Below are positions 1 to 10,683 of a stretch of DNA of 59,080 nt, in pieces. The position numbers were made by a program, and so were the translations under genes. Positions within the stretch are counted from its first letter, which is position 1, and every line of letters begins with the position of its first letter. Origin of the DNA: Oscillospiraceae bacterium (lineage in GTDB: Bacteria > Bacillota > Clostridia > UBA1381); the NCBI GenBank assembly GCA_015068545.1, contig SVKH01000001.1:1-59080 (forward strand), read 5' to 3'. The notes beneath the pieces are model-generated. The model searched no databases. It was not told where the DNA came from and saw nothing but the letters and a program-made list of their open reading frames with translations.

Positions 1-1
1 C

Positions 2-154
2 CCGATTAACGAAAACACGATGCGATTAGAGGTAAAACTGAAGTCAGGTGGCAGAGGTGATATCACTTATATTCGCAACGGAAAGCAATATTCTTGCCGT
101 TACGGTGACATTAGCAAGAAGATGATTGAAGACTACGAAAACAAAATCAAATAA
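2..154 (+). CDS. 3' end of an unidentified CDS that runs off the left edge of the window
   Basis: The frame is open from the window edge (…PINENTMRLEVKLKSGGRGDITYIRNGKQYSCRYGDISKKMIEDYENKIK) to TAA at 152-154. No family was recognised. Confidence 0.3.
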   Translation, partial: PINENTMRLEVKLKSGGRGDITYIRNGKQYSCRYGDISKKMIEDYENKIK

Positions 155-309
155 TGATTAAGGTTTATTCTATATTCTCTCTTATAAATGATGAGATTTC
201 CTTTGAAGACGGAAAGATCTACTTTTTCCCATGCTTAAATGGAACACTATCATACACCTGGGGAATATCAGGATTGTTTCCTATTATTTTCGTAAAAGAG
301 GATTACTAA
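154..309 (+). CDS. small 51-aa hypothetical protein, translationally coupled to the upstream partial gene
   Basis: ATG 154-156 overlaps the upstream TAA (TAATG). It translates as MIKVYSIFSLINDEISFEDGKIYFFPCLNGTLSYTWGISGLFPIIFVKEDY with stop at 307-309. It is below the 60-aa cutoff of the ORF track, has no clear SD and matches no recognised family. Confidence 0.3.
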   Translation: MIKVYSIFSLINDEISFEDGKIYFFPCLNGTLSYTWGISGLFPIIFVKEDY

Positions 310-318
310 TATCCAAAA

Positions 319-359
319 AAAAGCAGATATCTTTAGGTTAACTAAAAATATCTGCTTTT
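319..359. terminator. bidirectional rho-independent terminator shared by the small plus-strand ORF and rubrerythrin
   Basis: A 12-bp perfect stem (aaaagcagatat / atatctgctttt) is flanked by A- and T-runs on both sides. Confidence 0.7.
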
Positions 360-365
360 ATCTTT

Positions 366-899
366 TTAATAATTTTCTTTTCTAACCTCAAAATAGCTCT
401 GAGGATGTGCACAAGTCGGACAAATTTCAGGAGCTTTCTTGCCCATTACCAAGTGTCCACAGTTGCGGCATTCCCAGATTGTTTCCTCGCTCTTTTCAAA
501 CACTTTATTCATTTCCACATTGGACAAAAGTGCACGGTAACGTTCTTCATGAGTCTTTTCTATAGCTGCAACAAGTCTGAACTTTGCGGCAAGCTCTGTA
601 AAACCCTCCTCTTCAGCTTCTTTAGCAAATCGGTCATACATATCTGTCCACTCATAATTCTCGCCCTCAGCAGCTGCCAAAAGATTCTGTTTTGTATCTC
701 CTAACTCTCCAAGAGCCTTGAACCACAATTTAGCATGCTCTTTCTCGTTATTTGCGGTTTCTTCAAAAATGGCTGCAATCTGCTGATATCCTTCTTTTTT
801 CGCTACAGACGCAAAATATGTATACTTATTTCTTGCCTGACTTTCGCCTGCAAACGCCTCCATTAAGTTTCTTTCTGTCTTAGATCCTTTTAGTTCCAT
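366..899 (-). CDS. rbr: rubrerythrin
   Basis: It has ferritin-like diiron motifs (E..E..H repeats) and a C-terminal rubredoxin-like CxxC...CxxC (CRNCG...CPTC). An SD (aaggagg) lies upstream. Confidence 0.9.
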   Translation of the reverse strand: MELKGSKTERNLMEAFAGESQARNKYTYFASVAKKEGYQQIAAIFEETANNEKEHAKLWFKALGELGDTKQNLLAAAEGENYEWTDMYDRFAKEAEEEGFTELAAKFRLVAAIEKTHEERYRALLSNVEMNKVFEKSEETIWECRNCGHLVMGKKAPEICPTCAHPQSYFEVRKENY

Positions 900-948
900 G
901 ATTTTTTCCTCCTTATATAAAAATTAATTACGCAGTTTCCTGCATTAT

Positions 949-1776
949 TTATTTTGTACTTATTACGTCTGCTAAACCTGATAACCAATCACCAGCAAAA
1001 AGTTCCACCATGCCCTTATCACAGGCCGCTGCCAGCTTTGGATTTATCGGAATTTTCGCAACTTCTTCTATGCCGTATTTTTCTGCAAGCTCATCAATCT
1101 TGCTTTCACCAAAAATGCTGTGCTTCTTTCCACAATCCGGGCATTCGAAATATGACATATTCTCAACAAGTCCCAAAACAGGAATATTCATCATTTTAGC
1201 CATATTAACTGCCTTCTCAACAATCATTCCCACAAGTTCTTGCGGCGAAGCCACGACTACTATACCGTCAAGTGGCAAGGACTGAAATACAGTAAGAGGT
1301 ACATCTCCGGTCCCCGGTGGCATATCAACAAACATATAATCAACATCCCCCCAGACAACATCTGTCCAGAATTGCTTAACCATACCGGCAATCACCGGTC
1401 CTCTCCAGATTACAGGATCGGTGTCCTTCTCGAGGAGCAGATTAACAGACATAATCTTCACGCCCAGCTTACTTTCTACCGGGAATAGTCCGATTTCTGA
1501 ACTGTCAGCCTTCTCCTTTATTCCGAATGTCTTTGGTATTGACGGGCCTGTCACGTCTGCATCAAGTATTCCTACTTTGTCGCCACGACGCATCATTTCC
1601 ACTGCAAGCATAGAAGTAACTAATGACTTTCCTACCCCGCCCTTTCCACTGACTATGCCTATTACCTTTTTAACATTAGATAGTTCATGCGGCTTTTCCA
1701 AAAAGCTCTGTGGCTCTTTCCTGCTTGCACAGTTTGAACCGCAAGTTGAACAATCGTGTGTGCAACTTTCGCTCAT
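949..1776 (-). CDS. Mrp/NBP35 (ApbC-like) Fe-S cluster carrier ATPase
   Basis: It has the P-loop GKGGVGKS, a Cys-rich N-terminus (CTHDCSTCGSNC) and a C-terminal CPDCG motif. The start was moved to MSES (1776) because the longer ORF would overlap the upstream gene. Confidence 0.85.
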   Translation of the reverse strand: MSESCTHDCSTCGSNCASRKEPQSFLEKPHELSNVKKVIGIVSGKGGVGKSLVTSMLAVEMMRRGDKVGILDADVTGPSIPKTFGIKEKADSSEIGLFPVESKLGVKIMSVNLLLEKDTDPVIWRGPVIAGMVKQFWTDVVWGDVDYMFVDMPPGTGDVPLTVFQSLPLDGIVVVASPQELVGMIVEKAVNMAKMMNIPVLGLVENMSYFECPDCGKKHSIFGESKIDELAEKYGIEEVAKIPINPKLAAACDKGMVELFAGDWLSGLADVISTK

Positions 1777-1795
1777 TATTCTTTCCTTTCTGCGT

Positions 1796-3661
1796 TTACC
1801 TGTTAAGTACAACATGATTGAATGTAGGCACAAGCTTTCTCAATTCCTCAACAACAGCATCAGAGTCATTTTTATCTGCCAGCTCTCTGATTACATTCAA
1901 GGATTTCGGGAATTCTTCCTCATCAATCTCTATTTGTGTTCCTATAAATATCTTTTTGTTTTGTGTTTCTTTAAGACCTTCCTCTGACATCAGAAGCTCT
2001 TCAAATAGCTTTTCTCCCGGTCTTAATCCAGTGAATTTAATATCAATTTCCTTGTAAGGCTCCTTACCGTGAAGTCTTATCAGGTTTTCTGCCAGCGACA
2101 GGATCTTCACCGGCTCACCCATGTCAAGGACAAATATTTCTCCGCCTTTTGCAATAGTTCCTGCTTGAAGAATAAGAGAAACAGCCTCAGGAATTGTCAT
2201 AAAATACCTGATAATATCAGGGTGTGTTACCGTTAATGGTCCGCCTGATGCAATTTGTTTCTCGAATAGCGGAATTACAGAACCATTTGACCCCAATACA
2301 TTGCCAAAACGCACTGCAACAAATTCTGTAAACTTGCTTTTTTGCGCAAAATACTGAACTATCATTTCACAAGCACGTTTTGTTGCGCCCATAACGTTCG
2401 TAGGATTAACAGCCTTGTCTGTAGATACCAGCACAAATTTCTTAACACCGTATTCACTTGCAAGACTTGCAACATTCAGCGTTCCGAATATATTATTTTT
2501 AATAGCCTCTTCAGGGCTTGTCTCCATAAGCGGTACATGCTTATGTGCCGCAGCATGATAAACCAACTCTGGTCTGAACATTTCAAATAATAATTTGATT
2601 TTGTCATAATCTCTCACTGAAGCAATTCTCACCTCAAGATCAAGATTTTTATAATTAGTCAGAAGCTCTTGTTGAATATCGTATGCGTTATTCTCGTATA
2701 TATCTACAATAATTAGTTTTCCCGGATTAAATTCCGCAATCTGACGACATAGCTCCGAGCCGATAGATCCTCCACCGCCGGTTACCATGCAAACCTTGCC
2801 GCAAACCATATCGCGAACATTTGTATCGTCAAACTTTACAACATCCCTGCCCAAAAGATCTTCGATGTTAATATTTTGTGCCTGACCAATAAGGTTGGAA
2901 TCATTCAGAATCTTGTGTATGTACGGGATAACCTTTACTTCGCAAACAGTTTCAGAGCATATATTAATGATTCTCTTCTTCCGCTCGCCGTCCAGAGACG
3001 GAATGGCAACAAAGATTGTATGAATATTAAACCTTTGCACCAGTTGCGGTATATCGTCAGTGCTTCCTCCTACAGTAATTCCGTGCATTTGCCTGCCCTG
3101 CTTCTGAATATCATCGTCTACAATTACTATAGGAGTATATGCGCTGTCCACACTTCGCATCTCCATAATGATACGACTGCAGGCATCACCTCCGCCTACT
3201 ATCAGGGTACGTTTTTTTAACGCACCAGATGCTTCTCTATGCGTTCTGGTATAGAGAAGATTATAGCAAATTCTTACCATAAATACACCAATCGTAGCAA
3301 TAGCTTCGGTGAGTATAGTATGTATATCGGAGTATATAAACTTACTGGCTGCAATCACAATATAATACATTATAAGTCCTAAAACCATACCAGCAAGGCA
3401 CACAACAAGATCCTTTATGCTTGCATATCTCCACAGGCTTTTATAAGCTCCGCACAGATAAAGTCCCAGAACTGACATTGAGGTCAGAAGAGCACAATGA
3501 ATAACAGTCCTTTTAAGGTTAAATTCGATATACGGAAACTGTGAATTAGCGCTCATCAAAAACTTAAGTAAAATGTAAGATATAGCCAACGACATCAGGA
3601 TAGTACACGCATCAATCATCGCCAGAACAAAAGTTCTGCGATGCTTCAATAATATTTTCAT
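1796..3661 (-). CDS. membrane-anchored CapD/PglF-like polysaccharide biosynthesis protein (nucleotide-sugar 4,6-dehydratase family)
   Basis: It has N-terminal TM helices and two Rossmann regions, including VTGGGGSIGSEL. Its length of 621 aa is typical of the family. Confidence 0.85.
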   Translation of the reverse strand: MKILLKHRRTFVLAMIDACTILMSLAISYILLKFLMSANSQFPYIEFNLKRTVIHCALLTSMSVLGLYLCGAYKSLWRYASIKDLVVCLAGMVLGLIMYYIVIAASKFIYSDIHTILTEAIATIGVFMVRICYNLLYTRTHREASGALKKRTLIVGGGDACSRIIMEMRSVDSAYTPIVIVDDDIQKQGRQMHGITVGGSTDDIPQLVQRFNIHTIFVAIPSLDGERKKRIINICSETVCEVKVIPYIHKILNDSNLIGQAQNINIEDLLGRDVVKFDDTNVRDMVCGKVCMVTGGGGSIGSELCRQIAEFNPGKLIIVDIYENNAYDIQQELLTNYKNLDLEVRIASVRDYDKIKLLFEMFRPELVYHAAAHKHVPLMETSPEEAIKNNIFGTLNVASLASEYGVKKFVLVSTDKAVNPTNVMGATKRACEMIVQYFAQKSKFTEFVAVRFGNVLGSNGSVIPLFEKQIASGGPLTVTHPDIIRYFMTIPEAVSLILQAGTIAKGGEIFVLDMGEPVKILSLAENLIRLHGKEPYKEIDIKFTGLRPGEKLFEELLMSEEGLKETQNKKIFIGTQIEIDEEEFPKSLNVIRELADKNDSDAVVEELRKLVPTFNHVVLNR

Positions 3662-3677
3662 AACAACCCCCAGATTT

Positions 3678-5384
3678 TTATCTGTTTTCTTTTATGTGTT
3701 TAACTGCGTTCTCTATTGCATCATTTACTGTCATCTCATCCGGTGCTGCATCACGTCTCAACTTGTATTCTACAACACCCTCTGCTACCTTTTTACCTAC
3801 TACGATTCTCAATGGAATACCAATAAGATCGGCATCTTTGAATTTAACTCCTGCTCTTTCTTCACGATCATCCAGCATTGCATCAATTCCTTGTGCCTTC
3901 AGGCTTTCATAGATTTCCTCCGCAAGCTTCATCTGACCTTCGTCCTTGGCATTTACAGGGATAACAATAGCCTCATATGGTGCAATTGAAACTGGAAGAA
4001 TAATTCCATTCTCGTCATTTCCCTGCTCAATAGCAGCTGCTAAGCATCTTGTTACACCGATACCATAACAGCCCATAACTACTGTCTTTGACACTCCTGT
4101 TTCGTCAAGATAGGTAAGACCAAGCGCATCTGAATATTTTGTTCCCAGCTTAAAAATATGTCCCACTTCGATACCCTGAGCCGTCTTTATAGGCTTACCA
4201 CACACAGGGCATGTATCACCGTCAGTGATTATACGGATATCCGCCACAACAGTCGGCTCAAAATCGCGATGAATATTTACATTCTTGTAATGGTAGTCAG
4301 TTTCATTTGCACCAACTACAAAATTCTTCATTTTCTCAACTTCCAAATCCACATAAACAGGAATGCTGAGTCCAATTGGTCCAGCAAATCCAACCTGTGC
4401 ATTGGTTAATTCACGGACGATTTCCGGGGCGGCAAGCTCCAGGTCATCTGTACAACCAACCAAGTTTTTCAGTTTAACTTCGTTAACTTCACGATCGCCT
4501 CTGACCATGGCAGCGATGTACTTGTCGTCTGCTTTGTAAATAATGGTCTTTGCAAAAACGTGTGGCTTAGTTCCCAGGAACTCAACAAGTTCTTCAATAG
4601 TGTGTGCATTTGGTGTCAGAATCTTCTCAAGGGCAAGGTCCCCATCCTCAAATTCTGCGTCTTGTGGTATGCACGCTGCTTTTTCGTAATTGGCTGCATA
4701 TCCACAGGCATCACAGTATGCAATTCCGTCCTCTCCCACCGGAGACTTAACCATAAATTCCTGGCTGCCGCTTCCGCCCATCGCTCCGGAATCAGCGTCA
4801 ACAATTGTAAAATCCAGACCAAGTCTTTCAAAAATACGACAGTACGCATCATACATTTTCTTATATGAAATGTCTAGCCCTGCCTCATCAAGGTCAAAGC
4901 TGTACGCATCCTTCATTATGAATTCTCTGCCTCGCATCAGGCCAAATCTCGGACGTCCTTCATCACGGTATTTGGTCTGAATCTGGTAAAGTGTCATAGG
5001 ATACTCTTTGTATGAGCGAACCTCATCAATAACTGTCTGTGTAAATAGTTCCTCATGTGTAGGACCAAGACAAAAATCTCTTCCGTATCTGTCTTTCATC
5101 TTGAACATAGAAGGTCCAAAGACCTCCCATCTTCCGGATGCCTGATAAGCCTCTGCCGGCAAAAGTGCTGCCATCAAAAGCTCATTAGCTCCGGCTCTGT
5201 CCATTTCCTCACGAACAATATTCTCAACCTTTTTAAGTGTTTTAAGTCCAAGTGGCAAATATGAATAAATTCCCGCTGCAAGCTTTCTGATATAAGCTGC
5301 ACGAAGCATCAGCTTGTGACTTGTAATCTCCGCCTCTGCCGGTACCTCACGGAGAGTAGGTACCAACAAGTTTTTCATTCTCAT
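3678..5384 (-). CDS. proS: proline--tRNA ligase (bacterial type with editing domain)
   Basis: It is 568 aa and carries class II aaRS motifs plus the typical ProS N-terminus [13 protein letters not shown]. Confidence 0.95.
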   Translation of the reverse strand: MRMKNLLVPTLREVPAEAEITSHKLMLRAAYIRKLAAGIYSYLPLGLKTLKKVENIVREEMDRAGANELLMAALLPAEAYQASGRWEVFGPSMFKMKDRYGRDFCLGPTHEELFTQTVIDEVRSYKEYPMTLYQIQTKYRDEGRPRFGLMRGREFIMKDAYSFDLDEAGLDISYKKMYDAYCRIFERLGLDFTIVDADSGAMGGSGSQEFMVKSPVGEDGIAYCDACGYAANYEKAACIPQDAEFEDGDLALEKILTPNAHTIEELVEFLGTKPHVFAKTIIYKADDKYIAAMVRGDREVNEVKLKNLVGCTDDLELAAPEIVRELTNAQVGFAGPIGLSIPVYVDLEVEKMKNFVVGANETDYHYKNVNIHRDFEPTVVADIRIITDGDTCPVCGKPIKTAQGIEVGHIFKLGTKYSDALGLTYLDETGVSKTVVMGCYGIGVTRCLAAAIEQGNDENGIILPVSIAPYEAIVIPVNAKDEGQMKLAEEIYESLKAQGIDAMLDDREERAGVKFKDADLIGIPLRIVVGKKVAEGVVEYKLRRDAAPDEMTVNDAIENAVKHIKENR

Positions 5385-5409
5385 AGTTTTTTATCCTTTC
5401 AAATATGTT

Positions 5410-7329
5410 TTACACAATTTCCGCACCACTTTGGATGTCGTTAATCGTGGTAAGCGCAGTTAAACCGTCGCCGTACTCAGCTGACAGAATCATTCCCTGA
5501 GACTCAAGTCCCATCATTTTTCTTGGCTTGAAGTTTGCTATAAACACAACATTCTTTCCAATCAACTCCTCAGGTGAGTGGAACTTAGCAATACCTGACA
5601 GTATCTGTCTTGTTTCAGAGCCAACCTGAAGGGTAAATCTTAATAGCTTGTCAGATTTCTTTACCTTTTCGCATTCTATTACCTTACCCACTCTTATATC
5701 AAGCTTCTCAAAATCGTCAAATTCACAGCATTCTTTGTACGGCGCAATTTCGATTTTTTCCTCCTGCTCATTTTCTGCAGCAATTTCTTCCATCTTCTTT
5801 TCTGCATCAATTCTTGCAAAAAGCGGAGTTGCTTCTCCCACCTTTGTTCCTGCATCAATAACTCCGAAGGTAGAAAGACTATCATAATCGGTAGCACCAC
5901 CACCGATCTGATTTATAATTGCCTTTGACGTATCCGGCATAAATGCCTGAAGCAATGCTGCAATAAATCTGATTGATTCAGCAAGGTTATACAGAACAGC
6001 TGCCAGTCTCGGCTTTGTCTCCTCGGACTTAGCCAGAGTCCATGGCATAGTCTCGTCAATATACTTGTTTGCTCTGTCCACAATCTTCCAGATTTCGTCA
6101 AGAGCATCAGCAATATGCCATGTTTCCATTTTCTTAACCACATTTTCTTTTGCATCAAGACAAACACTCATGAGTTCTTCATCGAAATCGCCCATTACCG
6201 AATTATCGCCAATAACACCGTCAAAATACTTATTAATCATAGCAACAGTTCGGTTTACAAGATTTCCTAATGTGTTTGCAAGATCCGAGTTATAACGTGC
6301 GATAAAAGTATCGTATGTTATGTTTCCGTCCTGGGCAAAAGGCATTTCATGAAGCGAATAATATCTCACTGCATCCTTGCCAAAGTGTCGAACCAGGTCT
6401 TCTGCATAAATTACATTTCCACGAGATTTTGACATCTTTTCCTCGCCAAACAACATCCAAGGATGTCCGAATACCTGCTTAGGCAAAGGCTCACCCAATG
6501 CCATAAGCATAATTGGCCAGTAAATAGTATGGAAACGGAGAATGTCCTTACCAATAATATGCACATCACAAGGCCAGTACTTTTCATAAAGTTCTCCCTT
6601 TTTATCAGGTGAATATCCCAGTGCTGTAATATAGTTTGAAAGAGCATCAATCCATACATATACAACGTGCTTTTCATCAAATTCAACCGGTATACCCCAA
6701 TTGAAGCTGGTTCTTGAAACACATAAATCCTGAAGTCCTGGCTTTAAGAAATTATTTACCATTTCTTTCTTTCTTGATTCAGGTTGTATGAACTCAGGAT
6801 TATCTTCAATGTACTGCATCAAACGATCCTGGTACTTGCTCATTTTGAAGAAATAAGCTTCCTCCTTTGTCTTTTCAACAGGGCGTCCGCAATCCGGGCA
6901 CTTCCCGTCCACAAGCTGAGTTTCTGTCCAGAATGACTCACACGGAGTACAGTAAAGACCTTCATACTCCGACTTATAAATATCACCCTGATCATAAAGC
7001 TTTTTAAAGATTTTCTTAACAGCCTCAACGTGATAGTCATCAGTAGTTCTGATAAAATGGTCGTAGCTGACATCAAGCATATCTGCAATATCCCTGATCT
7101 GTCCGGCGATTACGTCTACATATTCCTGAGGAGCAACCCCTTCCTTTTCAGCAATTTCCTGGATTTTCTGACCGTGTTCATCTGTACCTGTCAAAAAGAA
7201 CACATCGTCACCTAAAAATCTCCTGAATCTTGCAATAGCATCAGTCAGAATTATTTCGTAGGTATTACCTATATGCGGCTTTCTTGATGTGTAAGCAATC
7301 GCCGTGGTAATATAAAACTTATTTGCCAT
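5410..7329 (-). CDS. metG: methionine--tRNA ligase with C-terminal tRNA-binding (EMAP-like) domain
   Basis: It has a HIGN (HIGH-type) motif and KMSKS. It also has Zn-knuckle CPxC...CPDCG and a C-terminal OB-fold tail. Confidence 0.95.
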   Translation of the reverse strand: MANKFYITTAIAYTSRKPHIGNTYEIILTDAIARFRRFLGDDVFFLTGTDEHGQKIQEIAEKEGVAPQEYVDVIAGQIRDIADMLDVSYDHFIRTTDDYHVEAVKKIFKKLYDQGDIYKSEYEGLYCTPCESFWTETQLVDGKCPDCGRPVEKTKEEAYFFKMSKYQDRLMQYIEDNPEFIQPESRKKEMVNNFLKPGLQDLCVSRTSFNWGIPVEFDEKHVVYVWIDALSNYITALGYSPDKKGELYEKYWPCDVHIIGKDILRFHTIYWPIMLMALGEPLPKQVFGHPWMLFGEEKMSKSRGNVIYAEDLVRHFGKDAVRYYSLHEMPFAQDGNITYDTFIARYNSDLANTLGNLVNRTVAMINKYFDGVIGDNSVMGDFDEELMSVCLDAKENVVKKMETWHIADALDEIWKIVDRANKYIDETMPWTLAKSEETKPRLAAVLYNLAESIRFIAALLQAFMPDTSKAIINQIGGGATDYDSLSTFGVIDAGTKVGEATPLFARIDAEKKMEEIAAENEQEEKIEIAPYKECCEFDDFEKLDIRVGKVIECEKVKKSDKLLRFTLQVGSETRQILSGIAKFHSPEELIGKNVVFIANFKPRKMMGLESQGMILSAEYGDGLTALTTINDIQSGAEIV

Positions 7330-7331
7330 TA

Positions 7332-8519
7332 TTATTCTCCTTCGTCATCCAAAATAGTCTTAATATTTTTTACTTTCCCTTTTACATAAAGGAAAACGGA
7401 TTTCATAAATTTAATAGGTTCGTCAAACAACCGTACTCTGTAAAGGCTTATAATAAACATCAACAAAATAGGGCCAAAAATCATGCCTCCAAAAGAAAGA
7501 GTACGATAACCAACATACATTGACATAAGTGTTAATAGAGGATGCATCCCGATATTCTTACTTACAATTTTTGGTTCAATAAGCTGCCTTATAAGAACAA
7601 GCACCAGATAAATTATAATAAGCGATACACCAAAGGCATACCTACCCATAATAAATGAAACCAGTGCCCACGGCCATAGCACAGCTCCACTGCCGAAAAT
7701 CGGCAATGCATCTAAAAGTGCCGTGACAAGGGCGATAATCAGTGCATAATCAACTTTCAGAAGTGACAATCCTATAAAAATGATGAAAAAGAAAATGCAC
7801 ATAATAGTAAGCTGAGCCTTCACATACCCGCCCACATATTTTTTTGCTTCCTTCTTTATCTCGCCCACTCTGGCCAAAAACGTTTCAGTAAATGGTTTTT
7901 TTACTGCTTCTGACACAGTTTTCGCATCTGCCACCATAAAATACAAGGACAGCATGAAAACAATAGTGCTGATGAAAACACTCGGAAGCTTTTTCGCAAA
8001 GTTTCCTGCAGACTGAACAATAGTTGTATTTACGGCAAAACCGGAGATCCATTCGGTAGTCTGGTCTATGACACTATCAAGCGCTGTCTGCATGCTTTCT
8101 GGCAAAGCATTCATCAGCTCACTCAGAAAGTCAGATACACTGTACCACGCAGATTGAATATTTCTCCAGATCAGTGGCAAATCATAATAAATCTCACGAA
8201 TTTCTTCCACGATTTTCCAAATCACACCGGTAATAATGCCACCTATTACACCCACTGTAACCAAAACAACAAGTATTGCCGATAATCCACGGGGCATTTT
8301 CAGCCTTTTTTGCAAAGCATCCGCAAAAGGATTTACCAGAAGGGATACAATATAAGCCGCAACAAAAGGCAGGAAAAGCCAAAGTATTTGTCCGGCACCT
8401 GATAACAATACCGGCAGGAACTTGACCGTTCCGAATATCAGTGCTGCAATAATCACCAAGGACAGCACCGATAGAATAATTTTCTTTAACAAGAAACCAC
8501 TTCCCTTAGTTTTTATCAA
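7332..8519 (-). CDS. ytvI: AI-2E family transporter / sporulation integral membrane protein YtvI-like
   Basis: It is a 395-aa polytopic membrane protein with AI-2E (PerM) family architecture. Confidence 0.75.
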   Translation of the reverse strand: MIKTKGSGFLLKKIILSVLSLVIIAALIFGTVKFLPVLLSGAGQILWLFLPFVAAYIVSLLVNPFADALQKRLKMPRGLSAILVVLVTVGVIGGIITGVIWKIVEEIREIYYDLPLIWRNIQSAWYSVSDFLSELMNALPESMQTALDSVIDQTTEWISGFAVNTTIVQSAGNFAKKLPSVFISTIVFMLSLYFMVADAKTVSEAVKKPFTETFLARVGEIKKEAKKYVGGYVKAQLTIMCIFFFIIFIGLSLLKVDYALIIALVTALLDALPIFGSGAVLWPWALVSFIMGRYAFGVSLIIIYLVLVLIRQLIEPKIVSKNIGMHPLLTLMSMYVGYRTLSFGGMIFGPILLMFIISLYRVRLFDEPIKFMKSVFLYVKGKVKNIKTILDDEGE

Positions 8520-9720
8520 TAAATCGGCTCATTAGTTCATATCCTTTTTCAATGTAAATACCGGTCTTTTCAGCATTTTTTTCATTATATGTAAAACCTG
8601 ATCCACTGTTATTTTCTGATGAATAAATGATGTACGGAACAGGATCACTGACATGAGTTTTCAGGCTGATAGGTGTCGGATGATCCGGAAGAATCAGCAT
8701 TTTATAGCTGACACCGGCTGCATCCAGTTCCCTTTTCAGGAAACCTACAACTTTTTCGTCTATCAGTTCAACAGAGAGCTTTTTCTTCTGAGCATTTCCC
8801 TGGTGACCACATTCGTCAGGAGCTTCCATATGTACATAGACAAGATCAGCACCGTCCTTTAAGAGAGTATCCAGCGCCGCCTTTGCTTTTCCGTCAAAAT
8901 TAGTGTCCCAGTTACCTGTTGCACCCTCAACATCTATAGACTTCATGTCAGCACATACTGCAATACCCTTAATCAGGTCAACTGCCGAAATTACACTGGC
9001 AGAAAGTCCGAATTTGTCCTTAAACAACTCAAGCTGTGGCTTGGAGCCTTCTCCCCACAACCAGATTGAAGTGGCAGGATTTTTTCCTCTTGCAATTCTG
9101 TCCTTGTTTACAGGATGATCTTTAAGAATTTTCTCTGACTTTTCCATAAGCTCCAATAACTTCTCAGCATTATCGCCCTTAGGAAGATAATCGGTAATCT
9201 TTTTGTCAGAAATATCATGAGGCGGTGTAAGATTTACATTCTTACTTCCACCATCCCATACAAGGAGATGACGGTAACTAACACCACTGTAAAAATGAAT
9301 TAAGTCTGTGTGCAGCTCCTTTTCAACTGCCTCAATAAGTTGGGCAGCTTCCTCGGTAGAAATTTCTCCTGCCGAATAATCCAGCATAGTTTTATCAGCG
9401 TAATTTTCTTCATCAGACAAAGTCACAAGATTGGCACGGAAAGTAATATCACTGTTTTTAAGCTTTACACCAATACTTGCCGCCTCAAGAGGAGATCTTC
9501 CCGAATAGCAAACCCTTGTATCATACCCCATAACAGAAAGGTTTGCCACATCACTGCCGGGTTTCATCCCATCCTGAACAGTTTTCACCAACCCCAGCTC
9601 ACCATTTTCACACACATAGTCAATATTTGGTTTCTTTGCCACATCCAGTACGGTTTTTCCGTCAAATTCCTCTACGGCATAGTCTGCCATTCCGTCACCT
9701 AAAATAACTATATATTTCAT
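8506..9720 (-). CDS. apgM: cofactor-independent phosphoglycerate mutase, ApgM type
   Basis: The N-terminus MKYIVILGDGMAD and the metalloenzyme-superfamily motif HMEAPDECGH are present. The start was placed at MKYIV (9720). Confidence 0.85.
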   Translation of the reverse strand: MKYIVILGDGMADYAVEEFDGKTVLDVAKKPNIDYVCENGELGLVKTVQDGMKPGSDVANLSVMGYDTRVCYSGRSPLEAASIGVKLKNSDITFRANLVTLSDEENYADKTMLDYSAGEISTEEAAQLIEAVEKELHTDLIHFYSGVSYRHLLVWDGGSKNVNLTPPHDISDKKITDYLPKGDNAEKLLELMEKSEKILKDHPVNKDRIARGKNPATSIWLWGEGSKPQLELFKDKFGLSASVISAVDLIKGIAVCADMKSIDVEGATGNWDTNFDGKAKAALDTLLKDGADLVYVHMEAPDECGHQGNAQKKKLSVELIDEKVVGFLKRELDAAGVSYKMLILPDHPTPISLKTHVSDPVPYIIYSSENNSGSGFTYNEKNAEKTGIYIEKGYELMSRFIDKN

Positions 9721-9733
9721 AGCCTTTTTCTCC

Positions 9734-10606
9734 TTACAGGTCATAGCCTTTTTTTCTGAACATTACAGCAACAGCACCATCACCGATATGTGTGCCGATA
9801 ATCGGTCCGAATTCATATCGACGTACAATATTCTCAATTCCAAATTCTTCTTTCAGAGTTTCTATCATCTTGTCGCCGTATTCTTTGTTTGAATCGACTA
9901 CATAAAATTCACCACTGTTTTCATCAAATTCCGGATTTTCACGAATCAACTCCATAAGCTTGTGGTACATTTTTTTCTTACCTCTTATTTTTTCAAGAGG
10001 CTCAACAAGCCCATTTCTGATACCCAGTACCGGCTTTATATCCAGAAGTCCGCCTACGATGGCAGCAGTTTTTGTAATTCTGCCACCCATTTCCAGGTAC
10101 TTCAGGTCATCCACAAGAACATAAGCATCGTTGGCTTCAATGAACTTAAGACTTTCCGGAATCGCCTCGTCAATGTCCATTCCAGCATTCAAAAGCTTTC
10201 TCAATCTTATAGCCGCCTCGCCAATGTAAATAGAGAACGACATTGTATCAATAATTCTTATATCTGCATCAGGATTTTCTTCCAGAATCTGTTCACAGTT
10301 CAACCTTGCATTATTATACTGCCCGCTTGCCTTGGAGGAAAGTGTGTAGTATACAACTGTATCATATTCCTTTGCTGCATTGTATAGTTTCTCATACATT
10401 GTAGCAGGTGGTGTCTGAGATGTTGTCGGAAGCTTATCCGCTGCCAGCAATTTCTTGAAAAATTCTTCATTTGAAAGTTCTTCAAGAGCCACATAAGACT
10501 CGTCCCCGAATACGCACAAAAAATTAATACAATCAATATCAAATTCTTTTGCCGCATCTAATGGCAAATCAGCACCTGTATCAACAAAAATCTTTATTTT
10601 TTTCAT
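9734..10606 (-). CDS. DegV family fatty-acid-binding protein
   Basis: It is 290 aa with the typical DegV N-terminus (KIKIFVDTGADLP). Confidence 0.85.
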   Translation of the reverse strand: MKKIKIFVDTGADLPLDAAKEFDIDCINFLCVFGDESYVALEELSNEEFFKKLLAADKLPTTSQTPPATMYEKLYNAAKEYDTVVYYTLSSKASGQYNNARLNCEQILEENPDADIRIIDTMSFSIYIGEAAIRLRKLLNAGMDIDEAIPESLKFIEANDAYVLVDDLKYLEMGGRITKTAAIVGGLLDIKPVLGIRNGLVEPLEKIRGKKKMYHKLMELIRENPEFDENSGEFYVVDSNKEYGDKMIETLKEEFGIENIVRRYEFGPIIGTHIGDGAVAVMFRKKGYDL

Positions 10607-10683
10607 AAATTTCTCTCCTTATAATCATGCGCTATGTAAACATAAAACAGAGATTAAAAAAACTATCCTTGAATCAATTAACA

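Noticed and set aside
1421-1987. Long antisense or alternative-frame ORFs occur inside well-supported genes, for example 1421-1987, 9310-9702, 28200-28763, 30601-31209, 37137-37628 and 42615-43040.
   Set aside because: All are shadow ORFs opposite or overlapping genes with clear family signatures. They have low-complexity translations and no SD.
3662-7331. T-box leaders were expected upstream of proS and metG.
   Set aside because: The intergenic gaps are only 2-25 nt, so the genes are packed in a co-directional array. There is no room for a T-box or any leader.
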